In this document: positions 37,028 through 47,347 of the stretch, one piece after another
How positions within the stretch are numbered: position 1 is the first letter of the stretch
Layout of the letters: each line of letters opens with the position of its first letter
Assembly (NCBI GenBank): GCA_963771905.1
Contig: CAVYVI010000014.1
Coordinates: 287,339-351,338, forward strand
Length of the DNA stretch: 64,000 nucleotides
From: an uncultured Acidobacteriota bacterium
GTDB lineage: Bacteria; Acidobacteriota; Terriglobia; Acidiferrales; UBA7541
Reading direction: 5' to 3'
Made by a program: the position numbers and the translations under genes
Notes under the pieces: model-generated
The model's database searches: none
Seen by the model: the letters and a program-made list of their open reading frames with translations, nothing else
What the model was told of the DNA's origin: nothing

Positions 37028-37319
37028 CCTCCGCCGCCTTCCTGCCGTGTTCAGAAACTGGCAACATCTGTTGCAGGCGCACCTTGAGTGGAAGCGACGC
37101 GGTGCCAAAATGAACCGTTCGCCCACGACCTCCGCGTGATTGCCCAAAGTGATCGAGCGTATGCAACGTCATAGCTTTTCGCCGCCGGCAAGCCGCAGAT
37201 CCGGCCATCGAGTCTCTTGTGTGCGATTGCGTCCGATGCCACACCTGGAAGAAATCGCCACGCCCGGCAAACGTGCCAATCAGAGAAACGTGCGCGACAA
37301 ACGGATATAATCGTTCTGC

Positions 37320-37829
37320 ATGATTCCTTCCACTTACAAACCACGAAAGAAATTCATGGAGCTGGCAGTCGCGGAGGCGAAACGCGCGGGTGACCGCGGC
37401 GACTATCCCATTGGCGCGGTCATCACGCGGCTTATCGGCAAAAGGGAAGTGGTGATTGCGAGCGCCGGGAATCGCGTAAAGACTTCGGGATCAAGCATCA
37501 AGCACGTCGAGTTGGAAACGCTGAAATACGTATCGAGCGGCTACGGGCGCTACCTGCCCGACTTCGTTTTGTACTCGACGCACGAGCCGTGCGCGATGTG
37601 CGCCGGCGCATGCGTGTGGTCGAGAATTGGCGCGGTCGTTTACGGCGTTTCTCAGGAAGATATCGCGGCGTATGGGCGCAAGCGCGGAACAGAAGAGTAT
37701 AAGTGGCGAGCGTGTCTCATCCCGTGCCGGCTGGTCTTCGAGAAAGGCAATCATCTCATTCCGGTCACCGGCGGATTTCTCCGCCAAGAATGCCAAAAAT
37801 TGTTCAGCTACAGGGCTGTGCGCCAGTAA
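37320..37829 (+). CDS. CMP/dCMP-type zinc deaminase family protein (nucleoside, guanine or tRNA-adenosine deaminase-like)
   Basis: Zinc/catalytic motifs H-V-E (KHVELETL) and PCAMCAGAC. A possible later start exists at MELAVAEAKRA. Confidence 0.75.
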   Translation: MIPSTYKPRKKFMELAVAEAKRAGDRGDYPIGAVITRLIGKREVVIASAGNRVKTSGSSIKHVELETLKYVSSGYGRYLPDFVLYSTHEPCAMCAGACVWSRIGAVVYGVSQEDIAAYGRKRGTEEYKWRACLIPCRLVFEKGNHLIPVTGGFLRQECQKLFSYRAVRQ

Positions 37830-37938
37830 CTAAGCGGAGCCGAATCTGCCGCGGCGCTGACGTGAGCGATCCCCGAGTCGCGTTCGACGCGAAGTGTGAT
37901 TCTCCGTGTCTATTCGTGGGAGTTACTCAGGAGTTCGC

Positions 37939-38409
37939 TTACCCGCGCTGCGCGGTCAACATGGCGAGAACAATCAATAGTGCGAACGTGGCAGCGTGAA
38001 GGATTACGTGCAACGTATTCGGCCGCATGCCATTGCGCTCCGGGAGAAACGCGTGCGTCGCTCCAAACATCACGTGATACCGCGCAGTGCGCTGTGCGTC
38101 CGGGTGGAGCAAGTATGGAATCCACCAGGCCTGCAACTCGCCTAAGAATAAGAGGCCGTAGCTGATCCAAAGCCACCAGTAGAGCCAGTTTGGATAGGTT
38201 CTGCCGTAGTAGATGACGCTGTCCACGAGTCCGATCGCGAACGGAATGAGGCTGATGAGCGTGCCAACGAGACGTTTGGCGAGCGGGTACGCTGCACGGA
38301 CGCCTTTCAAGTCACTGAGAGATCCCAGAGGAATCCAATCGTGCAAGGCGAGGAACAGGACGATAAAACTCTGAAGCGCAAGCGATGAGGCCATGGAGAT
38401 GGAATGCAT
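37939..38409 (-). CDS. Membrane protein (hypothetical, 4 TM)
   Basis: The start is taken at MHSISMASSLALQSFIVLFLAL. The product is hydrophobic, 156 aa and Trp-rich (NWLYWWLWISYG, AWWIPYLL). The upstream part of track ORF 37939..38703 looks non-coding. Confidence 0.55.
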   Translation of the reverse strand: MHSISMASSLALQSFIVLFLALHDWIPLGSLSDLKGVRAAYPLAKRLVGTLISLIPFAIGLVDSVIYYGRTYPNWLYWWLWISYGLLFLGELQAWWIPYLLHPDAQRTARYHVMFGATHAFLPERNGMRPNTLHVILHAATFALLIVLAMLTAQRG

Positions 38410-38597
38410 GAGGGCCCCGATTATACGGCACGACGTCTTATTCCATTCTCTGTGTGACTTTTCCTGAGCGCGAGGTCCCGATTCATGCGTCGATCGGAGA
38501 ACCGAAGAGCTGGAACGGGACTTGTCCGGCCGGGCGAGCTGCCCGGCGTTATCATTCGTGATTGTCGCGCGCCGAGGGCTTGTGATACACCATGAAT

Positions 38598-38617
38598 TGC
38601 CGTACAGAAGTACGGCA
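38598..38617. promoter_or_regulatory. Perfect 8-bp inverted repeat in a divergent intergenic region (possible operator or hairpin)
   Basis: tgccgtac-agaa-gtacggca lies between the divergent starts at 38409 (-) and 38640 (+). Confidence 0.3.
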
Positions 38618-38639
38618 GATCGAGTCTGGAGGATGGAAA

Positions 38640-38870
38640 ATGACTGAAAATGAAAACCCGGACCATGTCGAACTAATGCGCTTGCTGCAAGAGGCGAAGC
38701 CACTCATCGAGCCGCTATTTCGTGACCAGCAAAAGCAATGGGCCGACGACAGTCCGCTCGCTCAGGAGATCTCTGCGATTCTCGTGAAGCACCCGGAGTA
38801 TTACGATGAGGTCCACGCTCACGTCGGCGAAATTTTTTCCAAGTTCAAAAAGTCAGCGGCAGGCGCATGA
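38640..38870 (+). CDS. Small hypothetical protein (76 aa)
   Basis: ATG is preceded by GGAGGA (ggaggatggaaaATG). The product looks helical and soluble (MTENENPDHVELMRLLQEAKPLIEPLF...). No family recognised. Confidence 0.45.
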   Translation: MTENENPDHVELMRLLQEAKPLIEPLFRDQQKQWADDSPLAQEISAILVKHPEYYDEVHAHVGEIFSKFKKSAAGA

Positions 38871-39051
38871 ACATAGAGCCGGGGGGAGTTTTCGGACTGC
38901 TCGGAGGCGCCCGCATCTCAAATGCACGGCCAATTGTCGAACTCGGCCTAAGTCGCGGTTAACGCACGGATCGGAGAAACAGGCTACGGGTAGCGGATGT
39001 GTCCGGTCGCGCTTCGCGGCCACGCTGTTCCCTTACGGGAGGAATCGTTCC

Positions 39052-39594
39052 ATGCGCAGGTGCATTCGCGGATTTGTGTTCGCCACGTTCTTCGTTGCCA
39101 CGCTGCTCGCGGCCACGATTGCGGGCCTTTCGTTCCCGGTGGCCGCGCAAGAAATACCGAAGCAGCTTGAGCCGCCCGCGACCGAGCACCTTCTTCTTCA
39201 GGTCCATGCGAGGGGCGATCAGATTTACACCTGCAAGAGTGACGCCGGGCAATTTACCTGGGCGCTGAAGGCTCCCGACGCCCGGCTCTTCGACCAGAAG
39301 GGCAAACCATTCGGCAAACATTTCGCGGGACCCTCGTGGGAAGCGAACGACGGCAGCCGCGTTACCGGCAAAGCCGTCGCCAATTCGCCATCGCCGGACG
39401 CCGATTCCGTTCCGTGGCTGCTCGTCACGGTCGTCAGCCACGATGGCAGCGGCGTGCTCTCTCGCGTGACAAGCATTCAGCGCGTCAATACCAAGGGTGG
39501 CAAAGCCCCGGCGTCGGGCTGCGACGCTTCGCATGTCGGCCAGGAAATCCGTGTGGCATATTCCGCCGACTACCGCTTCTACGTTCCGAAGTGA
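39052..39594 (+). CDS. Secreted DUF3455-family protein
   Basis: Signal peptide MRRCIRGFVFATFFVATLLAATIAGLSFPVAA. Family-like pattern GDQIYTC..G.FTW..KAPDA.L......GKHFAGPSWEANDGSRV.G......P...SVPWLL. The start is at ATG 39052. Confidence 0.7.
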   Translation: MRRCIRGFVFATFFVATLLAATIAGLSFPVAAQEIPKQLEPPATEHLLLQVHARGDQIYTCKSDAGQFTWALKAPDARLFDQKGKPFGKHFAGPSWEANDGSRVTGKAVANSPSPDADSVPWLLVTVVSHDGSGVLSRVTSIQRVNTKGGKAPASGCDASHVGQEIRVAYSADYRFYVPK

Positions 39595-39848
39595 TCCAGT
39601 TGTTTCTTTTCGTTGATGCGCGGCATGGTGCCTCTTCGTTCGTGCCCGCGCATCGGCAGACACCGCCTTACTCAATTTCCATCGCTCTCCGCACATTGGG
39701 TGCGTCCTGACTGATCATCTTACCGAGTGTCACAGCCGTTCTGAAACAGCACGAAGTGGGCTACGTCGTTAGGAGGACAAAAATATTTGTGCCGGATGGG
39801 AACAGCGGATTAGACAGAGAAGCGCAATCCAAATAAAATGGAAGCAGA

Positions 39849-40883
39849 ATGGGTGCGATCGATTTCAAGCAATTGAATCCGAATTTGGCGGCCGGGGCGC
39901 GCAACGCCGTGGAGACGTGTCTCGCAATTCAGCCAGGCGAGAGCGTCGCGTTGATTTTCGACGAGCCGAGCCGCGAAGTGGCGACGAGCCTGGCTTACGC
40001 ACTCGCGAAGCGCGAAGCGAAATGGACCGGCTACTGCGTCGAGGATTACGCGAAGCGGCCTCTTGCGGGCGCACCGAAGGAAATCCTGGCTGCGCTCGAA
40101 CTCGTGAACGCCGGAATCCTGTGCTTCCAGCCGCAATTGGGCGAACTCACCGCGCGGCGCGAAATCGTCGGCGTGGTGGAGCGGCGACGAATCCGATACG
40201 CGCACATGGTCAGCGTCACGCCGCAAATCATGCAGGAGGGAATGCGGGCGGATTACGCGAAGGTGGACCGGCTGAGCGAGAGGCTGCGCGACCGGATGCG
40301 CGCGGCGAATGTTTTGAAAGTTTCGACGAAGGGCGGCACATCGATTCAAGCGACCTTCGATGCTTCGCTCGACTGGGTGAAGACGAGTGGGCTGATCAGC
40401 CCGCGCTACTGGTCTAATTTGCCGGCGGGCGAAGTGTTTACGACGCCGGCGCGCGTCGACGGAACATTTGTGTGCGACGGCACGGCGGGAGATCACTTCA
40501 ATGCGAAATATGGAGACCTGAAGGAAACGCCGCTGGTCCTGGAGCTCGAAGCGGGACGATTGAAAGCGGCGCACTGCGAGCGCCAGGATCTCGAAGAAGA
40601 ATTCTGGGGCTACTGCCACACCGACGAGAACAGCGATCGCATCGGTGAATTGGCGTTCGGGACGAATCTCGGATTGTCGGAGATGATCGGCGTTTTGTTG
40701 CAGGATGAAAAGCTGCCCGGCGTGCATCTGGCGTTCGGCGATCCGTACGGCAGCCAGACGCACGCCAATTGGCAATCGAAGACGCACGTGGACGTGCTCA
40801 CGCGGAATTGCGATGTTTGGATTGATGAAGATCAAGTGATCAAGAAGGGCCGATACGTTCTGGATTTGTTTGGAATGGAGTAA
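39849..40883 (+). CDS. Aminopeptidase, M29 (aminopeptidase T)-like family
   Basis: N-terminal LAAGARNAVETCLAIQPGESVALIFDE, and a C-terminal metal-site-like GELAFGTN...GVHLAFGDPYG...HVDV. The 341-aa antisense ORF 39810..40835 was rejected. Confidence 0.7.
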   Translation: MGAIDFKQLNPNLAAGARNAVETCLAIQPGESVALIFDEPSREVATSLAYALAKREAKWTGYCVEDYAKRPLAGAPKEILAALELVNAGILCFQPQLGELTARREIVGVVERRRIRYAHMVSVTPQIMQEGMRADYAKVDRLSERLRDRMRAANVLKVSTKGGTSIQATFDASLDWVKTSGLISPRYWSNLPAGEVFTTPARVDGTFVCDGTAGDHFNAKYGDLKETPLVLELEAGRLKAAHCERQDLEEEFWGYCHTDENSDRIGELAFGTNLGLSEMIGVLLQDEKLPGVHLAFGDPYGSQTHANWQSKTHVDVLTRNCDVWIDEDQVIKKGRYVLDLFGME

Positions 40884-40936
40884 GGCTGCAAGAAAAGATT
40901 TCCCGCGAAGATTCCCGCAGGTCCCGCCGCAATTTC

Positions 40937-41668
40937 CTAGAATAGCCGCGAAACGTACTCCTGCATCTCATGCTTCCAGTACGGCCAATCGTGGCCGCCT
41001 TGCGGCCCCCAATCGTCGAGATGATGAGGAATGCCTTTGCCCGCGAGAAGCGATGCGAGGTAATAGGACGACCCGCTGTTCTCCCACGGACCCGTGCCGG
41101 TGGCGATGTGGATATCGCAGGTGCGGAGTTGGTCGAGTGTCCAGGAATCGGAAAGATTGGGCAGGTAATCGACGGGATTATTGAAATAGAAATTGTCGTC
41201 GTACATGCCGTCCATGAAACTTTTCATGTCGTATTGGCCGGAAAGAGCGAAGCAGCGCTTGATGATGTCGGGATGCTTGAAAAGGGAATTCGCGGCCTGG
41301 TAGGCGCCGAGAGACGCGCCAAAAGTGGAGATGGCGATACCCGCGGACTGGCAGTTATCCCAGATAAAGGGGACGACCTCGTTTCGAATGTAGGAATCGA
41401 ATTGCGCCTGGACGTAGCTGCGATGAAAAGGATGGGCGCGCTTGTTGTAGAAGCTTTCGTTGCTCACCGTGCCGACGGAAAAAAACTTGAGGCGGCCAGC
41501 GTCGATGAATTCGCTGAGGGCGCCAACCATGCCCTGATTTTCAAGCTCCCACTCGTCGCCACCACTCGTGGGAAAGGCGAGAAGGGGCGTGCCCCAGTGG
41601 CCATAGACGACCACTGCCATGTCGTGGCCGAGCCGGGAAGAATGCCAGCGGTGATATTCCCTTTTCAT
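40937..41668 (-). CDS. Esterase family protein (putative esterase / esterase D-like alpha/beta hydrolase)
   Basis: VVVYGHWGTPLLAFPTSGG, nucleophile elbow FGASLGAYQA, and a late HDWPYW. Confidence 0.7.
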   Translation of the reverse strand: MKREYHRWHSSRLGHDMAVVVYGHWGTPLLAFPTSGGDEWELENQGMVGALSEFIDAGRLKFFSVGTVSNESFYNKRAHPFHRSYVQAQFDSYIRNEVVPFIWDNCQSAGIAISTFGASLGAYQAANSLFKHPDIIKRCFALSGQYDMKSFMDGMYDDNFYFNNPVDYLPNLSDSWTLDQLRTCDIHIATGTGPWENSGSSYYLASLLAGKGIPHHLDDWGPQGGHDWPYWKHEMQEYVSRLF

Positions 41669-42099
41669 CGGCGAAAGCCGCGGACATATTAATGAATTTT
41701 CATGTTGGCTGGTGAATTTTCTCGGGATGAAAATCGGGAAATGGAACGATAGAACTTGCGTAGGCGGCTTTGACGTCTTATCCTACTGCGTTCGCGGGGC
41801 TCAGCGGCGAGAACGTGCAGGCGGCGAATCGCTCGAAAGAGCAAGCGCTTCGCCATTTCCCGCTGAGACGCCGCGAATGCGTGCCGGCAATTGAGCCACG
41901 ATGGGGCCGGCCGCTCGCCAAGAGCAGACCTAGTTTGCCCTTGCTCATCGACTGAAATACGGGGGTCAACGAGCAGGGAGTCACTTTATAGGCTTTGGGG
42001 AAATGCGCCCTCTTCACCGGCACCGGCATCGAATTAGCCGGCGGTCGGCGGTCGGCGGTTTAGCACGATAGAACTTTCGTCATAAAGTGGGACGCCATC

Positions 42100-43482
42100 T
42101 TGGAACCTGACGGCCTTCAAAAAGCATCAGAGCTGGGCGGCGGAGTGCCGGTCATCGAACCGGGCTACACCGTTGGATCGGTCAGCGACAAAATCAGCTC
42201 AATCGTACTCGGCCAGCGCCGGCGACGAGGCTGGTTCTTCGGATTCGCCTTCGCATTTCTCCTCTTGATGATGCTCCTGTACGCCGTAACGTGGTTGTTT
42301 ACCATCGGCGTGGGAATCTGGGGCGTCAACATTCCGATCGGGTGGGGATTCGCGATCGTCAATTTCGTGTGGTGGATCGGAATTGGCCACGCAGGAACCC
42401 TCATCTCCGCCATCCTTCTTTTGCTGCGCCAGAAATGGCGGACGTCGATCAACCGGTTCGCCGAAGCGATGACGCTGTTTGCGGTCTCCTGCGCGGGCCT
42501 GTTCCCGATACTGCATCTTGGCCGGCCGTGGCTGGCGTATTGGCTCTTCCCGTATCCGAATACGATGGGAACGTGGCCGCAATTCCGAAGCCCTCTGGTG
42601 TGGGATGTGTTCGCGGTGTCGACGTACGCGACGGTCTCGCTGCTGTTCTGGTTTGTGGGATTGATTCCCGACTTGGCGACGCTGCGCGATCGCGCGAAGA
42701 GCCGAGTTAAGCAAGTAATATACGGAATTTTTGCGATGGGATGGCGCGGGTCGGCCGTGCACTGGCACCGATACGAGACGGCGTCGATACTTCTGGCGGG
42801 ACTGGCGACGCCGCTCGTCGTATCCGTGCACACGGTGGTGAGCTTCGATTTCGCGGTGGCCATCGTACCGGGGTGGCACACCACCATCTTCCCGCCTTAT
42901 TTCGTAGCGGGCGCGATTTATTCCGGCTTCGCGATGGTGATGACGCTGGCGATCCCGATTCGCAAGTTCTACCACCTCGAAGATTTCATCACCATGCGCC
43001 ACCTCGAGAATATGGCGAAGGTGATGCTGGCGACGGGATTAATCGTGGCGTACGGGTACATGATGGAAACGTTTATGGCGTTTTACAGCGCGGACAAGTT
43101 CGACAAGTTCACATTCCTGAACCGTATGGCGGGCCCATACAGGGTGACGTACTGGATGCTGATTTTGTGCAACATCTTGATACCGCAATTGATGTGGCTG
43201 AAGCGGATACGGTCGAGCGCGCCGGCACTGTTCGTGATTTCGCTGGTCGTGAATGTGGGGATGTGGCTCGAACGATTTGTGATCGTGGTGGTGAGCCTGC
43301 ATCGAGATTACCTGCCGTCGTCGTGGGGGATGTATTACCCGACGAAGTGGGACTGGATGACGCTGTTCGGATCGTTCGGATTGTTCCTTTCGTTGCTGTA
43401 CCTGTTCATCCGTTACCTGCCGGTGATTTCGATTTCCGAGATGAGGTCACTGGTGACGGAAGAGGGAGAAAAGAAGGCTTGA
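42100..43482 (+). CDS. actC: Alternative complex III subunit ActC (NrfD/PsrC-like quinol-interacting membrane subunit)
   Basis: 460-aa polytopic protein with typical ActC strings ([61 protein letters not shown]). TTG start per the track; a later GTG is possible. Confidence 0.9.
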   Translation: MEPDGLQKASELGGGVPVIEPGYTVGSVSDKISSIVLGQRRRRGWFFGFAFAFLLLMMLLYAVTWLFTIGVGIWGVNIPIGWGFAIVNFVWWIGIGHAGTLISAILLLLRQKWRTSINRFAEAMTLFAVSCAGLFPILHLGRPWLAYWLFPYPNTMGTWPQFRSPLVWDVFAVSTYATVSLLFWFVGLIPDLATLRDRAKSRVKQVIYGIFAMGWRGSAVHWHRYETASILLAGLATPLVVSVHTVVSFDFAVAIVPGWHTTIFPPYFVAGAIYSGFAMVMTLAIPIRKFYHLEDFITMRHLENMAKVMLATGLIVAYGYMMETFMAFYSADKFDKFTFLNRMAGPYRVTYWMLILCNILIPQLMWLKRIRSSAPALFVISLVVNVGMWLERFVIVVVSLHRDYLPSSWGMYYPTKWDWMTLFGSFGLFLSLLYLFIRYLPVISISEMRSLVTEEGEKKA

Positions 43483-43541
43483 GGATTTGAAGCGCCGGCC
43501 GGCTGCAGAGCAGGAATGGCCGGGCGGCACAAAGAGAACCG

Positions 43542-44192
43542 ATGTCGCAGATATTTCATCGCAGCACGAACCTGATCTCGCGGCTGAGCATTTACGGCGC
43601 CGCGTTTTTCGTCATCCTCGCAGGTTACGTGTTGTACGCGCTGAGCGGGTCACCATATGTGACGGACGTGAATGAGGCGAGGGAGCAGCCGGTGCCGTTC
43701 AGCCATAAACATCACGCGGGCGAGCTGGGGATTGACTGCCGGTACTGCCATACGTCGGTGGAGCAGTCGGCGTTCGCGGGATTGCCGCCGACGCAGACGT
43801 GCATGACGTGCCATTCGCAGATCTGGACGAATGCGGCGATGCTCGAGCCGGTGCGGGCGAGCTATCAGAGTGATAAGTCGATCGAATGGACGCGCGTGAA
43901 TGCGCTACCGGATTTCGTGTATTTCAATCACAGCATACACGTGGCGAAGGGAATCGGCTGCACGACGTGCCACGGCCCGATCGCGGAGATGCCGCTGACG
44001 TGGGCGGCCCACACGCTGCAAATGTCGTGGTGCCTCGAGTGTCATCGGCAGCCGGAGAAATTTGTGCGGCCGAAAGAATATGTGTTCAGCACGACGTATC
44101 AAGCGCCGGCGAATCAGCTGGAGCTTGGAGCGAAGCTCGTGAAGGAAAACAAAATCAAGAGCCTGACGGACTGCGTGACGTGCCACCGATGA
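43542..44192 (+). CDS. actA: Alternative complex III subunit ActA (pentahaem cytochrome c)
   Basis: An N-terminal TM anchor and five CxxCH motifs: CRYCH, CMTCH, CTTCH, CLECH, CVTCH. Confidence 0.9.
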   Translation: MSQIFHRSTNLISRLSIYGAAFFVILAGYVLYALSGSPYVTDVNEAREQPVPFSHKHHAGELGIDCRYCHTSVEQSAFAGLPPTQTCMTCHSQIWTNAAMLEPVRASYQSDKSIEWTRVNALPDFVYFNHSIHVAKGIGCTTCHGPIAEMPLTWAAHTLQMSWCLECHRQPEKFVRPKEYVFSTTYQAPANQLELGAKLVKENKIKSLTDCVTCHR

Positions 44193-47100
44193 GCGACGCA
44201 TTCAAGATTTTCGGCAATCCTCCCGACCGCGAGCACGAGGACGGAGAGCACGGCGAGACGATGGGGCGGCCCGCGGTGCGGACGCCTCTCGATTTGGCGG
44301 CGGCGCGCGCGAAGCTCGCGCAGGCCGGCGGACGGTATTTCTGGAAGAGCCTCGAAGAGCTGGCGGGCACGCCGGAAGCGGAAGCGTTCGAGCATCACGA
44401 GTTTCCGTACGATCCGGAAAAAGACGCGCGGAAGGAAGGAATCGGTCGGCGGGACATTTTGAAGTTGATGGCGGCGTCGGCGGCGCTTTCGGGGCTGAGC
44501 GCATGCACGAAATTGCCGGTGGAGAAAATCGTTCCGTATGTAAGGCCACCCGAGGAAATTATTCCGGGCAAGCCGCTGTTTTACGCGACGTCGATGCCCA
44601 CGGGGAATGGCGCGATCGGACTACTGGTGGAAAGCAACATGGGGCGGCCGACGAAGATCGAAGGGAATTCGGTGCATCCAGCGAGCCTGGGTGCGACGAA
44701 TATTACGGCGCAGGCGTCAGTGCTGACGCTGTACGATCCCGACCGCTCGCCGGTGGTGGTTCGTGAAGGCCGGATCAGCGATTGGGCGGCATTTTTGACG
44801 GCGCTTGGCAACGTGCGCGGCGATTGGGAGGAAAAGAAGGGCGGCGGGCTGCGGATTCTGACGGACGGAAGCACATCGCCGACGCTCGCGGCGCAGATGC
44901 GCGCGCTGCTCGAAAAATATCCGAACGCGAAATGGTACGCGCACGAGCCGTATGGGCCGTACAACCAGCGCGAAGGCGCGAAGCTGGCGTTCGGCCGCAA
45001 CGTGAATTCCGTTTATCACTTCGATCAAGCCGACGTGATCGCGTCGCTCGACGCCGACTTTTTATATGACGGCGCGACGAGCGTGCGCTACGCGCGGGAG
45101 TTTGCGGATCGCCGGCGAATCGAAAACGCGCAATCGAACATGAACCGGCTATACGTCGTCGAGAGCACGCCGACGAATACGGGTGCGATGGCCGATCATC
45201 GATTGGCGCTGCGCGCTTCCGAAGTGGGAGGATTTGCGCGAGCGTTGGCGGCGGCCCTTGGGCTGGAGGGTTACGCCGGCGCGGAGACAAAAGTGCCAGC
45301 GACGTGGCTTGCGGCGCTGGCGCGAGATATGCAGAAACATCGCGGCGCAAGCCTCGTGCTGGCGGGCGACGCGCAGCCGCCGGCCGTGCATGCGCTTGCG
45401 CATGCGATGAATCAGGCGCTCGGAAATGCCGGGAAGACGGTGGAGTTTACCGAACCGATCGAGGTGAGCCCGGAAATGGACGGTCTCGCCGAGCTCGCGA
45501 AGGAAATGGAAGCCGGGGAAGTCACCACGCTCGTGATTCTTGGGAGCAATCCGGCGTACACGGCAGCAAGTGATTTGGAGTTCCCGGCAAAGCTTCTGAA
45601 GGTCGGGCTGCGGATTCATTCGGGGCTCTACAACGACGAGACCGCCGAGCTGTGTCATTGGCATATTCCGGAAGCGCATTATCTCGAATCCTGGAGCGAT
45701 GCACGGGCCTACGACGGAACCGTAGGAATCGTGCAGCCACTGATCGCGCCGCTTTACGATGGAAAATCGGCGCACGAAATGATCGCGGCGATTGCGGGCG
45801 TGAACGGAAAAACGGGCCACGATCTGGTCCGCGATTATTGGAAGACCCAGCGTCCCGCGAAAGAAACCGACAAGGCGTTCGAGGATTTCTGGGAAACGAC
45901 GCTGCATGACGGCGTGATGGCGAATACCGCGCTTCCCGCGCGCGCCATCAGCGCGAACGTCGATGCCGCCAAGCTGCCCGCGACAAAGCGATCAGCGAAT
46001 GCTAACGCGCTGGAAGTTGTGTTCCGTGCGGACCCGACGATCGGGGATGGCCGCGACGCGAACAACGGCTGGCTGCAGGAATTGCCCAAGCCGCTGACCA
46101 AGTTGACATGGGACAACACCGTCATCGTGAGCCCGGCGACGGCGGAACGACTAGGGGTCACAAACTCCGACGTGGTTACGCTGTTTTTGGGTGAGCGAGC
46201 GCTCAACGGCCCGATCTGGATCATGCCCGGTCACGCAAATGATTCGGTGACGATTCATTTGGGCTACGGACGCCGCCGCGCCGGGCACCTCGGCACGGGA
46301 ATCGGATTCAACGCCTATTCGATTCGCACGTCGGAAGCGCCGTGGATCGCGAGCGGCGTGCGCGTGGAAAAGACGGGGCGGACGCTGGAGCTGGCCACGA
46401 CGCAGCACCATCAAACGATCGAGCGTGGCGGCCGCGAGATCGAGGAAGAAAGCTCTGCGGCGGAGGCACGCGACATTTTGCGCGTGGGCACGCTCGACGA
46501 ATTTCGCAAGAAGCCGGATTTTGCCGCGGATTCCGAAGAGATCACCAAGGTGGTATCGCTGTATCCGCCGTATAAATATGACGGCTACGCGTGGGGAATG
46601 TCGGTCGATTTGAATAGCTGCACGGGCTGCGGCGCGTGCGTGCTCGCCTGCCAGTCGGAAAATAATATTGCGGTGGTGGGAAAAGAAGAGGTGATCGCGG
46701 GGCGGCAGATGCAATGGATCCGCGTCGACAACTATTTCCGCGGGGATCTCGACAATCCGGAATCGTATTACCAGCCGGTCCTCTGCCAGCACTGCGAAAA
46801 TGCGCCGTGCGAACTGGTTTGCCCCGTGGGAGCAACGATGCACAGCGACGAGGGCTTGAACGAGATGATTTACAACCGGTGCGTGGGGACGCGCTACTGC
46901 TCGAATAACTGCCCATACAAAGTGCGGCGATTCAATTTCAAGTTGTTCTCGGATTGGACGACACCGAGTCTTTTCGGCCTGCGCAATCCGAATGTGACGG
47001 TGCGGAGCCGCGGGGTGATGGAGAAGTGCACGTACTGCGTGCAGAGAATCAACGCGGCCAAGATCCAATCGGAGGAAGAGAATCGTCAGGTGCGCGATGG

Positions 47101-47299
47101 CGAAATTGTAACGGCGTGCGAAGCGGTGTGTCCGTCGCGGGCGCTGATCTTCGGCAACATCAACGATCCGAACAGCCAGGTGGCAAAGCTGAAAGCGCAA
47201 ACACGAAATTACAGCCTGCTGGGCGAATTGAATACGCGACCGCGAACAACGTACCTGGCGAAGCTGCGGAATCCGAATCCGGAGATTGCAGAAGCGTAG
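44189..47299 (+). CDS. actB: Alternative complex III subunit ActB (molybdopterin-oxidoreductase-like domain fused to a 4-cluster Fe-S domain)
   Basis: ATG 44189 overlaps the actA stop (ATGA). Internal Tat-like motif GIGRRDILKLMAASAALSGLSAC. C-terminal ferredoxin-type Cys clusters (CTGCGACVLAC, CQHCENAPCELVCP, CVGTRYCSNNCP, CTYCVQR). Confidence 0.9.
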   Translation: MSDAFKIFGNPPDREHEDGEHGETMGRPAVRTPLDLAAARAKLAQAGGRYFWKSLEELAGTPEAEAFEHHEFPYDPEKDARKEGIGRRDILKLMAASAALSGLSACTKLPVEKIVPYVRPPEEIIPGKPLFYATSMPTGNGAIGLLVESNMGRPTKIEGNSVHPASLGATNITAQASVLTLYDPDRSPVVVREGRISDWAAFLTALGNVRGDWEEKKGGGLRILTDGSTSPTLAAQMRALLEKYPNAKWYAHEPYGPYNQREGAKLAFGRNVNSVYHFDQADVIASLDADFLYDGATSVRYAREFADRRRIENAQSNMNRLYVVESTPTNTGAMADHRLALRASEVGGFARALAAALGLEGYAGAETKVPATWLAALARDMQKHRGASLVLAGDAQPPAVHALAHAMNQALGNAGKTVEFTEPIEVSPEMDGLAELAKEMEAGEVTTLVILGSNPAYTAASDLEFPAKLLKVGLRIHSGLYNDETAELCHWHIPEAHYLESWSDARAYDGTVGIVQPLIAPLYDGKSAHEMIAAIAGVNGKTGHDLVRDYWKTQRPAKETDKAFEDFWETTLHDGVMANTALPARAISANVDAAKLPATKRSANANALEVVFRADPTIGDGRDANNGWLQELPKPLTKLTWDNTVIVSPATAERLGVTNSDVVTLFLGERALNGPIWIMPGHANDSVTIHLGYGRRRAGHLGTGIGFNAYSIRTSEAPWIASGVRVEKTGRTLELATTQHHQTIERGGREIEEESSAAEARDILRVGTLDEFRKKPDFAADSEEITKVVSLYPPYKYDGYAWGMSVDLNSCTGCGACVLACQSENNIAVVGKEEVIAGRQMQWIRVDNYFRGDLDNPESYYQPVLCQHCENAPCELVCPVGATMHSDEGLNEMIYNRCVGTRYCSNNCPYKVRRFNFKLFSDWTTPSLFGLRNPNVTVRSRGVMEKCTYCVQRINAAKIQSEEENRQVRDGEIVTACEAVCPSRALIFGNINDPNSQVAKLKAQTRNYSLLGELNTRPRTTYLAKLRNPNPEIAEA

Positions 47300-47347
47300 A
47301 AGCGAGGGAATTTCCGGCGGCGCGGAGAGTGCGCCGCATACGAGGAA

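Noticed and set aside
39615-39654. 9-bp inverted repeat gatgcgcgg / ccgcgcatc with a 22-nt loop downstream of the DUF3455 gene
   Set aside because: It could be a terminator hairpin, but the loop is large and there is no U-tract, so I did not call it as a feature.
42039-42059. Short tandem repeat (cggcggt)x3, with a neighbouring (caccgg)x2, about 40-85 nt upstream of actC
   Set aside because: It is very short and GC-rich, so it is easily produced by chance or slippage in this composition. No partner sites were seen. I also noted a weak TTAGCA-N17-TAAAGT promoter-like string at 42059-42087, but it lies too close to the annotated TTG start to interpret.
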